A DNA stretch of 64,000 nt from Thermoanaerobaculia bacterium (lineage in GTDB: Bacteria; Acidobacteriota; Thermoanaerobaculia; Multivoradales; JAHEKO01), in assembly GCA_050747865.1 (NCBI GenBank), contig JBOGJI010000236.1, forward strand, positions 11,120-75,119, given 5' to 3'. Position 1 is the first letter of the stretch. Each line of letters opens with the position of its first letter. The notes below the pieces were generated by a model. It was not told where the DNA came from. It was given only the letters and a program-made list of their open reading frames with translations, and ran no database searches. This document shows, piece by piece, positions 1 to 9,934 of the stretch. Position numbers and translations under genes: made by a program.

Positions 1-75
1 CGCCTTCGACGGTCTGGCCGTTCCGCCACACGGCAAACGTCCGGGACCCGACCCGCGTGGCTGGCGCGACGCGGC

Positions 76-1659
76 TCACAGCGCCTTGCCCTCCCCCCAG
101 GCGAGGACTCGAGCCTCGATGCGTTCGATGTCCTCCGTGGTGAGCCGGTTGTCATACACGCAGATCACGGGCACCCGCCAGCCCGGATAGCCCGAGGTGT
201 CGAGGAGGTCCTGCAACACGCGTTTCCGGTAGAAGCCGTCGATATCGACCTCCTGATGCGGCGCCGACTCGTACAGGCGCTTCGGCACCAGGAACACCGG
301 CAGCGCTCGCGGGTCGCGGAGTGACGACGTGAAGCTGCCGTTTGTTCGCTCGACGGGAACGACGAAGCCGGTGATCCCGTCCCCGGTCTTCTGGTGTAAC
401 AGGTCATAGAGGAAGGTCGCCCAGTTGTGGTCGCGCAACGCCGGCGAGCCGCTCGGATAGCCTGGATGCTCCTCGCCAGGTAGGTCGTAGTCGATTCGCC
501 CGGACTTGAACAGCTCGCCGAAACACCGGATGCGGCCGTTGCCATTGAGGGCCTTGCGCAGGTCCCGAAGATCGAGGTCCCCGAAGTCGATGAGGAAAAA
601 ATAGGGAACGCGGTTCCAGTCGAGATCACCGCGATCAGTATCGTGGTCGCAGCCTATGACGCGACGGTCGGCCAGCGCATGCCAGTGCAGATAGAGCAGG
701 CGCTCATAGCTCGCCATGTTCTTGGTCAGATCAAGCGCCGGCGCCGGCTCCTTGGTGCGCACGGCATATGCTTCGTCCAGGGCGTCGCGCAACGTGTGGG
801 CGTGTGGGGATAGCTTGCGAGCAAAGAAGAAGGGCTGTGCCTTGAGAAACGCCGCGTGATCGTTGTAGAAGACGAGTGGCTTGCCGTCGATCGAGAAATG
901 GTAGAAGGTGAGGCTGCTCTGGGTGATCTTCTCGTCCGGCGCGATGTCGGCAACGAGGGTCTGGAAGAAGTTCTCATCCGGGATCCAGGTACGCCGAAAG
1001 AACCGTCGTACGTGCGGTTCCCTGCTGCGCTGAAGGATCTCGAGTGCCGTTGGCCACGTCAGCGCCCACCACTGGGACCCGAGCCGCGGCTGGAGGCCGT
1101 CCGGCATCCTCTGGCGTAAGCCCAGGCGCTGCTGCAGCGCGATCGACCGGCCGAACAGCCGCGGATTACGCCTCCAGTTGAAGTAGAAGCGGTAGAGGAG
1201 GCGTTCGGCGTTGTAGCCGTGGACCACCCACTGTGCCTGGTTCGGATCGACGGACTCGATGTACTCGCGGCCGGCATTCTCGGCGAGGAACGCTCTCAGG
1301 TGACCGAGCGGGCGCAACGGATAGTCGGCACCACTCAGGAGGATCACGTAGTCGACCGTCTCGCCGCTGGCCGCGATCTCATCGAGGCAGGCGAGCGTCG
1401 CCTCGACCATCGACCAATCGCCCCATACAACGCGGTGACGCCGCGCGAAGCGGATTCGTGAGAGTCGTTCCGGGGGTAGTCTCCGCGCCATCTCCGCGGC
1501 AATGTCAGACTTGCTGTTGCGGTCCCAGTGAATGACGGCGAGATCGTTCTCGGCCGTCAGACGTGTGGCGAGCCGCATGAGATTGTCCGGATGCCCATGG
1601 GCGAGGACCGCGAAGGCGACTTTCATTAGCGCGTGTTCCTTCCTGGGTCGCTCCGCCAC
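76..1659 (-). CDS. Glycosyltransferase family 14-like protein (core-2/I-branching Branch domain) with an unassigned C-terminal domain
   Basis: 527-aa ORF. The N-terminal ~300 aa carry GT14-type motifs (HGHPDNLMRL, WGDWSMVEATL, DYVILLSGADYP). The C-terminal ~220 aa have no recognisable motif. Co-oriented with the next GT gene at a 17-nt gap. Confidence 0.5.
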   Translation of the reverse strand: MAERPRKEHALMKVAFAVLAHGHPDNLMRLATRLTAENDLAVIHWDRNSKSDIAAEMARRLPPERLSRIRFARRHRVVWGDWSMVEATLACLDEIAASGETVDYVILLSGADYPLRPLGHLRAFLAENAGREYIESVDPNQAQWVVHGYNAERLLYRFYFNWRRNPRLFGRSIALQQRLGLRQRMPDGLQPRLGSQWWALTWPTALEILQRSREPHVRRFFRRTWIPDENFFQTLVADIAPDEKITQSSLTFYHFSIDGKPLVFYNDHAAFLKAQPFFFARKLSPHAHTLRDALDEAYAVRTKEPAPALDLTKNMASYERLLYLHWHALADRRVIGCDHDTDRGDLDWNRVPYFFLIDFGDLDLRDLRKALNGNGRIRCFGELFKSGRIDYDLPGEEHPGYPSGSPALRDHNWATFLYDLLHQKTGDGITGFVVPVERTNGSFTSSLRDPRALPVFLVPKRLYESAPHQEVDIDGFYRKRVLQDLLDTSGYPGWRVPVICVYDNRLTTEDIERIEARVLAWGEGKAL

Positions 1660-1675
1660 CCGGTTAGGCAGTTCA

Positions 1676-2722
1676 TCAGAACCACCGACCGAGACTCATC
1701 AGCCCGAGGTCGACACACTGCTCCCAGCCGGTGAAGCGTGCCGACGCAGGATTCCACAGAACGAGCTTTTCCTCCTGAGTCAGGCCTGCCGCATAGAGTT
1801 TGTACTCGGCAGACTCGTTGTAATGCTCCTTGCGCTCCAGTTCCTCCTCCACCTTGGTACGGAACGAAGCGAAATGCTTGAAATGTAATAGACATCCCGT
1901 CGGCGCGAGACCCTGAGCGTAGTGGGGTCGATTGAGCCTTCGAGGAGTGAGGAAGTGCGTGGACGAGATATAGCTGTAGTATCTACGCCACTTCACCAAG
2001 GGAAACTTGTTGAGAGCGGGAGCGGCGCCGACATGGCCGTTGCTGTAGAAGACGCGTCGGCGGACGCCGCCCTGGATCCACCAGTCACCCATCGGCATCT
2101 TCCACTGGCAATAACCGTAGGGGTCGAACCATGGGCAGACCTCGAGCGGGTCCTGTCCGACGGTGTAGATCGCCTCGTCGAGAGGGCCCTGCGAATACAT
2201 GTCGAGGAGCAGGGTGAAGAACGAGAGTTTGCCGGTCTCGTCGAGGTGCGCCGTCAACTCGTGCAGGTTGCGGGTGTCGTAGTGCGGATGTACGAGAAAC
2301 TCGTCCACATCGATACGCAGACACCAGTGGTCGGTACCGTATCGGCGTAGCAGGTAGTTTGCCCAATGCTCGCCGAAGTTCGCGTGCTTGTAGCTGTCTT
2401 CCGTGTACCAAACGGAGCAGTCCGGCTCCGCTGCCACCAGATCGCGGAACCCATCGGTCGATCCATTGTCGACGAAGAGGAAATGATTGACGCCGAGGCG
2501 CCGATAGTAGCTTAGAAAGTATGGAATACGTGGCGCTTCGTCACGTAACACCACAACCGCGATGATGTCGTTCTCGCCGATCGCGCGGGTGCGGTCGTGG
2601 ATGCGGCGGAGGCGTATGCCGTACCTGTAGGACGCGGAGATCGGGCGGCCGAAATGGCTGATCAAGGACCGCAGTTCGCGGGGACGCAGACGGTGCAACA
2701 ACGCAGAGCCGGGGATACGCAT
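1676..2722 (-). CDS. GT-A fold glycosyltransferase (family 2-like)
   Basis: 348-aa ORF. Contains the NHFLFVDNGSTDG motif typical of GT2-type nucleotide-sugar transferases. Probably co-transcribed with the GT14-like gene downstream. Confidence 0.45.
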   Translation of the reverse strand: MRIPGSALLHRLRPRELRSLISHFGRPISASYRYGIRLRRIHDRTRAIGENDIIAVVVLRDEAPRIPYFLSYYRRLGVNHFLFVDNGSTDGFRDLVAAEPDCSVWYTEDSYKHANFGEHWANYLLRRYGTDHWCLRIDVDEFLVHPHYDTRNLHELTAHLDETGKLSFFTLLLDMYSQGPLDEAIYTVGQDPLEVCPWFDPYGYCQWKMPMGDWWIQGGVRRRVFYSNGHVGAAPALNKFPLVKWRRYYSYISSTHFLTPRRLNRPHYAQGLAPTGCLLHFKHFASFRTKVEEELERKEHYNESAEYKLYAAGLTQEEKLVLWNPASARFTGWEQCVDLGLMSLGRWF

Positions 2723-3091
2723 GCTGGTCAGCTACATGTCCTGGCCATGTGTGGACAGCCTCGACGGCACCATCGAGCCGCAGACGAAGCCCGGCCTGCC
2801 CGGCTCGTCGTGGCGGGCGCAGGCGGTGCGGGTGATCGAGGTGGCCGGGCGGTTGAGCCCGAAGACCTACGGGGGTTCGATCCTGGCTCCATGACGGTTC
2901 CCTCGCAACCGAGGAGGAGACAGGTTCGTGTTCGAGCTGAGGGAGGTCAGAAGTCTCCTCGCTCAATAGTGAGGGTACCATATCGCTCTGAGATTGGCGC
3001 CAGCCGAGACACCCTGTTGACTCGGAGTGGGGGTCGGTGATCTTGCGGGGTGTTCGCAGGGTGCCCCCGAGACGCGCCCGAGGCGGGAGGC

Positions 3092-3121
3092 TTGACACGC
3101 TCGCCGCCGACTCCATACACT
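3092..3121 (+). promoter_or_regulatory. sigma70-type promoter of groES-groEL (-35 TTGACA, 18-nt spacer, -10 TACACT)
   Basis: TTGACA at 3092-3097 and TACACT at 3116-3121, directly abutting the CIRCE element. This is the classical groESL arrangement. Confidence 0.5.
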
Positions 3122-3122
3122 G

Positions 3123-3149
3123 TTAGCAGTCGCCGCGGGTGAGTGCTAA
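3123..3149 (+). promoter_or_regulatory. CIRCE element (HrcA operator) TTAGCAGTC-N9-GAGTGCTAA
   Basis: Matches the TTAGCACTC-N9-GAGTGCTAA consensus with one mismatch. Lies between the promoter and the groES GTG start at 3223; the SD sequence GGAGGAG is at 3210-3216. Confidence 0.8.
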
Positions 3150-3222
3150 TGCGGTGACCGTGGCTTGGGACTCAAGTCAAGAGGGCAGAGCAACTTAATT
3201 CTATAGACGGAGGAGTCTGGCA

Positions 3223-3519
3223 GTGAATATTCGTCCCCTGCATGACCGCGTCGTGATCCGGCGCATCGAGGAGGAGGAGCAGGTGCGCGGGGGGATCATC
3301 ATCCCCGACACCGCCAAGGAGAAGCCTCAGGAGGCCGAGGTCGTGGCCGTCGGGCCCGGCAAGCTCCAGGAGGACGGCAACCGGCAGCCGATGGATGTCA
3401 ATCCCGGCGACCGGGTGCTGATCGGCAAGTACTCCGGCTCGGACATCAAGATCGGCGACCAGGATCTCGTCATCGTGCGCGAAGACGAGATCCTCGGCGT
3501 GCTGAACGGCTCGAAGTAA
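3223..3519 (+). CDS. groES: Co-chaperonin GroES (Hsp10)
   Basis: 98 aa, GTG start. Full-length match to the GroES family (LHDRVVIRR...[20 protein letters not shown]...GDRVL). Confidence 0.95.
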   Translation: MNIRPLHDRVVIRRIEEEEQVRGGIIIPDTAKEKPQEAEVVAVGPGKLQEDGNRQPMDVNPGDRVLIGKYSGSDIKIGDQDLVIVREDEILGVLNGSK

Positions 3520-5172
<1,653 letters not shown>

Positions 5173-5201
5173 CGCCCGATCCTGTTCGTTATTCCTTCAG
5201 A

Positions 5202-5231
5202 GGGCCGGCCTTCGGGCCGGCCCTTTCTATT
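5202..5231 (+). terminator. Intrinsic terminator downstream of groEL
   Basis: GGGCCGGCC-TTCG-GGCCGGCCC hairpin followed by TTTCTATT, 30 nt after the groEL stop. Confidence 0.55.
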
Positions 5232-5238
5232 GATTGAC

Positions 5239-7164
5239 TCAGTCGACGTAGCCGAGGGCGCGTAGGCGATCGTCGGTGGACTCGCCAGACTTGTCCGCGG
5301 TTCCGGTGGGCGTGAATCCGAGGTAGCGGACCAGGCAGGGAGCGCCGGGGCCCGGGGCCTCGAGGATCGCCTGAAAGCGTTGGTCCTCCACGCGGGCAGG
5401 GCCGTAGAGGCGCACCTCGGTCTTCGGGATCGGGTCGGCCCTCCGGTTGAGCAAGGCGCCCACCGCCGGTCCGGCGAGCTCGGTGGCGGGACCGTCCGCC
5501 ACGGTCAGGCGGCAGGTGCCGGCGACGGCGGCGCGCAGCTCGTAGGGGCCTGAAGGCAGCTCGACGGAGATCGTAACCGCCGGCGCCCTCGGCGCGGCGG
5601 CCAACCAATACGTATTCCAACCGGTGTTCCGATGCCAGCGCGCGTCGCCCGGCGGCGGCGGCTGGTTGGTGTCGGCCACGGCCGCGGTGGGCTCGACCGC
5701 GAGGTGGCGGACGGCGATGGCAAAGGGCCCCTCGGGGGGGGTGTCGCGCCGCGACCGGGCGTGCCGCAGAAAGGGCTGACGCAGAGTCTCGTACCAGCTC
5801 GCCAGCAACTGGCGCGCGGTCTCCGGCCGCGCCGCTCGCAGATCACGCGTCTCGAGCGGATCCGCGCCGACGTCGAAGAGCTGGGCGTCGGTTCGCGCGG
5901 GACCCGGCAGGGCGTCCGCGGCCAACAACGCCGCCGGCCGGCTGTCTCCTTCCTCCGGTAGCACCAGATGGAACTGCGTCGTGCGCACCCCGTGCGGCGC
6001 ATAGACCGCATCGCCGGCCTGGCCGCCGTCCGTCTCCTCGCCGCCGAGCACAGCGGCCAGATCTCTGCCATCCACCCGCGCTCCCTCGGGCAACGCGACG
6101 TCCAGCAGCGACAGCATCGTCGGCATCACGTCGATAGAAGATGTCAGCCCGTGGTGGACCGTCGGCGCCAACCGCCGCGGGTAGTGCACGATCCACGGCA
6201 CACGCGCCAGCGCGTCGTACCAGACGCCGCCGTGCTCGAAGCGCCCGGGGACCTCAGCCAGGTGCTCGCCGTGGTCCGAGGTCACCACGATCAGCGTGTC
6301 CTCGAGCCAGCCGCGACGCCGCAGGTACCGAACCAGCCGCCCGACCTCGCGATCGGCGTGGCGCAGCCCGCCGTCGTAGAGCGCGTCGAGGTAGCGCCTC
6401 TCCTCGTCCGCGAGCGGGCGGCCGGGATCACGCACGCGTCCCTGCGGAGTGAACGCCTCCTGCGCCCGTTCCACGTCGATATCGCCGCCGAACGCCCGCG
6501 CCTCCGGCCCCCACGGGTGGGGAAAGTGGGTATCCATGTAGTGGAGATAGAGGAAGACGTCGTCGCCCCTGTGCCCATCCAGCCAGGTGATGGCCGCGTC
6601 GGTCACCTGTGCGGCCGTCGGGTAGCCGTAGAAGTTGTCGATCGGCGACTCGTCCCCCAGCCGCCGCAGCTCGTCGAACTCGGCGGCGAACGGCGTGTCC
6701 GGCCGCAGCCAGGCATGGGCGCTCAACGCCGCGGTGCGAAAGCCGGCCGCGGCGAGCGCCCGCGGCAGCGAGACCGCCTCCCGATCCACCTGCTGAAACA
6801 GGTTCCACGGCTCCTCCAGCGGCACGTTGTAGCTGTCCGGAAAGATGGGCGGCGTGAAGTAGCGCGAGTAGAGCAGCTGCGGCAGCGACGCCCGCGTCTC
6901 CGCCGCCAGCGCGAAGTGGTTGCGCGCCACCACCCCCTCCGCCGCCAGCGCGTCCAGCGCCGGCATCGTCTCCCGCCCATACCCATACGCCGACACCCGA
7001 TCCGCCCGCACCGCGTCGAGCATGACCAACACCGCCCGCCGCGGCCGCTCCGCCCCCCCACCGCCACACCCGTAAGCTGCCAGCACCCCAAGCAAGACCA
7101 GCCCCCATGAGCATCTCCGCGCATGACATGGCGAGGTGCCACGGGGCAAGCCGGCACGCCTCAT
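5239..7164 (-). CDS. Sulfatase-like hydrolase/transferase (alkaline-phosphatase superfamily), probable lipoprotein
   Basis: 641 aa. Sulfatase-domain landmarks: N-terminal metal-binding LVMLDAVRADR and C-terminal VVTSDHGEHL. Signal peptide with LAAYGC lipobox-like cysteine. No C/S-x-P-x-R formylglycine motif is evident. Confidence 0.65.
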   Translation of the reverse strand: MRRAGLPRGTSPCHARRCSWGLVLLGVLAAYGCGGGGAERPRRAVLVMLDAVRADRVSAYGYGRETMPALDALAAEGVVARNHFALAAETRASLPQLLYSRYFTPPIFPDSYNVPLEEPWNLFQQVDREAVSLPRALAAAGFRTAALSAHAWLRPDTPFAAEFDELRRLGDESPIDNFYGYPTAAQVTDAAITWLDGHRGDDVFLYLHYMDTHFPHPWGPEARAFGGDIDVERAQEAFTPQGRVRDPGRPLADEERRYLDALYDGGLRHADREVGRLVRYLRRRGWLEDTLIVVTSDHGEHLAEVPGRFEHGGVWYDALARVPWIVHYPRRLAPTVHHGLTSSIDVMPTMLSLLDVALPEGARVDGRDLAAVLGGEETDGGQAGDAVYAPHGVRTTQFHLVLPEEGDSRPAALLAADALPGPARTDAQLFDVGADPLETRDLRAARPETARQLLASWYETLRQPFLRHARSRRDTPPEGPFAIAVRHLAVEPTAAVADTNQPPPPGDARWHRNTGWNTYWLAAAPRAPAVTISVELPSGPYELRAAVAGTCRLTVADGPATELAGPAVGALLNRRADPIPKTEVRLYGPARVEDQRFQAILEAPGPGAPCLVRYLGFTPTGTADKSGESTDDRLRALGYVD

Positions 7165-8117
7165 GCGACAGAGGCCCGCCGCGCGCGAAACCAGTCAGCC
7201 GTCCGCGCCAAGCCGTCACGCAGCGTCAACGGCTCCGGAAGTCCCAGCTCGTCCCGAACACGCCGAGAATCAATGCACGAGCGCCGCTGCTCCCCAGGCT
7301 TCGCCGGCCCGTGCACCGCTTCCAGGCGATCCTCCCCGGCCGCCCGCCGCAGCTCCCGATACAGATCGACGACCGAAGTCTCCACCCCCGTACCGACGTT
7401 GTACACATGAAAGCCGCTCCGCCCAAGCGCCGCCACGTTCGCCCGCGCCACGTCGGACACATGCACGTAGTCGCGTGTCTGCAAGCCGTCGCCGTGGATC
7501 GTCGGCGCCTCGCCGGCCAGCAGCCGGTCGAGGAAGATGGCCACCACCCCCGCCTCCCCTTGCGGATTTTGCCTCTCCCCGTAGACGTTGGCGTAGCGCA
7601 GGCAGATCGCGTCGAGCCCGAGCGCGACGTGGAAGTAGTAGAGATACCGCTCGCCGGCCAGCTTCGACACCCCGTAGGGTGACACCGGACGGGTCGGATG
7701 GTCCTCGCCGGCCGGGAACCGCTCCTGCTCCCCGTAGATGGCGCCCCCCGTGGAGGCGAAGATCACCTGCTGCACGCCGCCTTCGACCGCCGCGCGCAAC
7801 AGGTTGAGCGTGCCCACGATGTTGACCTCCGCGTCGAAGCGGGGATCGGCGACCGAGCGGCGCACGTCCATCTGGGCGGCGTGGTGCAGTAGCACGTCGA
7901 AGCCGCCGCCGGAGACGAGCTCGGCGGCCTCCGCGGAGCGGATGTCCAGCTCGACGAGCTCGGCCGCCGCCGGCACGTTCTCCCGCCGCCCCGAAGATAG
8001 ATCGTCGAGGACCACGACCGAATGGCCCGCCGCCAACAGGCTGTCGGCGACGTGCGAGCCGATGAACCCGGCTCCGCCGGTGACGAGGGCGCGTTGAGGC
8101 TTCATGGGGTAGCTCAC
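7161..8117 (-). CDS. NAD-dependent epimerase/dehydratase (UDP-glucose 4-epimerase GalE-like)
   Basis: 318 aa. Rossmann motif VTGGAGFIGSH and catalytic YxxxK (SPYGVSK). Overlaps the sulfatase-like gene by 4 nt. The start could be the internal MKPQ. Confidence 0.8.
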   Translation of the reverse strand: MSYPMKPQRALVTGGAGFIGSHVADSLLAAGHSVVVLDDLSSGRRENVPAAAELVELDIRSAEAAELVSGGGFDVLLHHAAQMDVRRSVADPRFDAEVNIVGTLNLLRAAVEGGVQQVIFASTGGAIYGEQERFPAGEDHPTRPVSPYGVSKLAGERYLYYFHVALGLDAICLRYANVYGERQNPQGEAGVVAIFLDRLLAGEAPTIHGDGLQTRDYVHVSDVARANVAALGRSGFHVYNVGTGVETSVVDLYRELRRAAGEDRLEAVHGPAKPGEQRRSCIDSRRVRDELGLPEPLTLRDGLARTADWFRARRASVA

Positions 8118-8235
8118 GGGGCGGGCTATAGTACCCGCGCATGTCTGGGGGGTCCAAGCCTAGAGCCTGTGAATCCATCTCCCTGGCGCCCTTCGGGTTG
8201 CGGCGGCGTGGCCAGCGGCGCTGCGTTGGCGCTCC

Positions 8236-8721
8236 TTGACGATGCCCACGCATCGACAGCGTCGCGCCGCCTTGCGGCGCTGGCCACGGCGCTCGCAACG
8301 CGACCCACGGGAGATGGATTCACAGGCGCTCCGAGGGTGGCGGAGCCACGCCGCCACCCTCAGCTGGGCCTCGCTCACCGCCGTGGCGCTGCTGGTCCCG
8401 GCGGCGGATCTCGCCGGCTGGATGCCGGCGGTTCCCTGGATGCGCCTGGCCATGGTTTTCGCCGGCTGGGGTCTGGACAAGCTGGTGCACGGGGTGCTGT
8501 TCGGCGTGCTGGCCTGGCTGGCCGCGGGCTCGGCGCGCGTGCTGGCGCTGCGGCGGCCGGCGCTCACAGTCTTTCTCATCGCCGGGCTCTATGCCGTGGC
8601 GTTGGAGGCGGCGCAGCGCTGGGCCCCCGATCGGCGCGCCGACCCGTTCGACCTCGTGGCGGACCTCATCGGCGTCGCCCTGGGGCTCCTGGCCGCCAGG
8701 CGTATACTGCGCCGAGCATGA
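8236..8721 (+). CDS. VanZ-like family membrane protein
   Basis: Hydrophobic ~130-aa core with VanZ-type motifs (DKLVHGVLFGVLAWL ... DLVADLIGVALG). The track start is probably 5'-extended. The stop overlaps the metF ATG (ATGA). Confidence 0.5.
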   Translation: MTMPTHRQRRAALRRWPRRSQRDPREMDSQALRGWRSHAATLSWASLTAVALLVPAADLAGWMPAVPWMRLAMVFAGWGLDKLVHGVLFGVLAWLAAGSARVLALRRPALTVFLIAGLYAVALEAAQRWAPDRRADPFDLVADLIGVALGLLAARRILRRA

Positions 8722-9692
8722 AAGTCCTCGAGCACCTGGAGCGGGCCGACGGCCAGCTCATCAGCTTCGAGATCATCCCGCCGCTCAGGGGCGGGAGCTT
8801 CGAGAAGCTGCGCTCCCTGATCGAGGAGTTGATCGCCCTCGAGCCTCCATTCATCGACATCACCTCCCACGCCGCGCAGATCATGTACGACGAGACGCCG
8901 CAGGGCATCGTGCGGCGCATCAAGCGCAAACGCCCCGGGACCCTCGGCGTCTGTGCGCTCATCCAGAACAAATACAACGTCGACGCCGTGCCCCACGTCA
9001 TCTGCCACGGCTTCACCCGCGAGGAGACGGAAGACTTCCTCATCGAGCTCCACTACCTGGGAATCGACAACGTGCTGGCCATCCGGGGGGACGACTCCGG
9101 CTTCCAGAAACCCTTGCAGTTCGGGCGCACCGCCAACCGCTACGCCGAGGACCTGGTGCGCCAGATCTCCGAGCTGAACCGCGGCAAGTACCTCGAGGAG
9201 GAGCTGCTGGACGCCCAGTCGCTGGACTTCTGCGTCGGCATCGCGGGTTACCCCGAGAAGCACTTCGAGGCGCCGAACATGGAGACCGACCTGCGGTTCA
9301 CCAGGACCAAGGTGGAAGCCGGCGGCGACTACATCGTCACCCAGATGTTCTTCGACAACCGCCACTACTTCCGCTACGTGGAGCGGTGCCGCGAGATCGG
9401 CGTCGAGGTGCCGATCATCCCAGGGCTGAAGATCCTCACCTCGCACAAGCAGGTGACGAGCCTGCCGCGGACCTTCCACTGCGAGGTCCCCGCGGCGCTG
9501 GCCGACGAGGTGCTGGCCGCGGATCCCGACCGCGCCGCCGACATCGGCGTCGAGTGGGCGGTCGAGCAGTCCCGCGAGCTCCTGGAGGCCGGCGTCCCCG
9601 CCCTCCACTTCTACGTCATGCAGAGCGCCCACGCCGTCTCCGAGGTCGTCCGCCGCCTCGACCCCGTACGCGCCACACTCCGCAGCGCCTGA
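8718..9692 (+). CDS. metF: 5,10-methylenetetrahydrofolate reductase
   Basis: ATG at 8718 begins MKVLEHLERADGQLISFEIIPP, the hallmark MetF N-terminus, 324 aa. The track ORF 8022..9692 is an artefactual 5' extension. Confidence 0.85.
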   Translation: MKVLEHLERADGQLISFEIIPPLRGGSFEKLRSLIEELIALEPPFIDITSHAAQIMYDETPQGIVRRIKRKRPGTLGVCALIQNKYNVDAVPHVICHGFTREETEDFLIELHYLGIDNVLAIRGDDSGFQKPLQFGRTANRYAEDLVRQISELNRGKYLEEELLDAQSLDFCVGIAGYPEKHFEAPNMETDLRFTRTKVEAGGDYIVTQMFFDNRHYFRYVERCREIGVEVPIIPGLKILTSHKQVTSLPRTFHCEVPAALADEVLAADPDRAADIGVEWAVEQSRELLEAGVPALHFYVMQSAHAVSEVVRRLDPVRATLRSA

Positions 9693-9903
9693 TCCAGCCC
9701 GGTTGCGAGCGCGGTAACCGCGGTAACCGCGATTGACTTTCGCCGCCGGGTTCCGGTAGCGTCCGCGCCGCATTACGAGCGGTCCGGGGCTCCGCTCCCG
9801 GACACGGCAACCTGGGACCGACACCCAAGGTGCCCACCCGCCGCCCAGGGCGACGGGGATGTGGCCGGAATCGCCGGCAAGCAAATGTTCGGAGGATGGC
9901 TAA

Positions 9904-9934
9904 CCCGCTCGCAATGCCGAGCGGGATTTTTGTT
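9904..9934 (+). promoter_or_regulatory. Terminator/attenuator-like hairpin immediately 5' of the metH start
   Basis: CCCGCTCG-CAATGC-CGAGCGGG stem-loop at 9904-9925, followed by ATTTTTGTT, then ATG at 9935. It sits at the end of a 243-nt metF-metH spacer. Confidence 0.3.

Noticed and set aside
2855-2905. tRNA/tmRNA 3'-end-like string CTACGGGGGTTCGATCCTGGCTCCATGA in the 500-nt ORF-poor region upstream of groES
   Set aside because: The T-loop-like GGTTCGATCC is not flanked by complementary T-stem arms (GGGGG versus CTGGC). No acceptor stem or CCA context can be built, and no integrase is nearby. Most likely a chance match or an old att-site remnant. Not called as an RNA gene.
6428-7807. Numerous overlapping alternative-frame ORFs of 60-380 aa across the window (for example 5968..7110 +, 7270..8298 -, 15131..16624 -, 16903..19056 -, 35303..36610 +, 37103..38752 +, 61024..62640 -)
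   Set aside because: These are low-complexity Arg/Ala/Gly/Pro-rich translations typical of antisense or out-of-frame reading in 70% GC DNA. Each lies entirely within a well-supported gene on the opposite strand or another frame. Not annotated.
8022-8717. Long 5' extension of the metF ORF (track 8022..9692), and similar Arg/Pro/Gly-rich N-terminal extensions on the ORFs for the permease, AP-superfamily enzyme, hydrolase, peptidase, crotonase, GATase and thiolase genes
   Set aside because: These are high-GC frame artefacts. The extensions lack family similarity, overlap convincing genes on the other strand or frame, and conserved protein N-termini begin at internal ATG/GTG codons. Starts were trimmed accordingly.
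9693-9903. Known riboswitch class (SAM-I, SAM-II, SAH, cobalamin) upstream of metH
   Set aside because: Could not match any class consensus (no S-box or B12-box core recognisable) by inspection. Only the terminal hairpin is reported, as an unclassified candidate leader.
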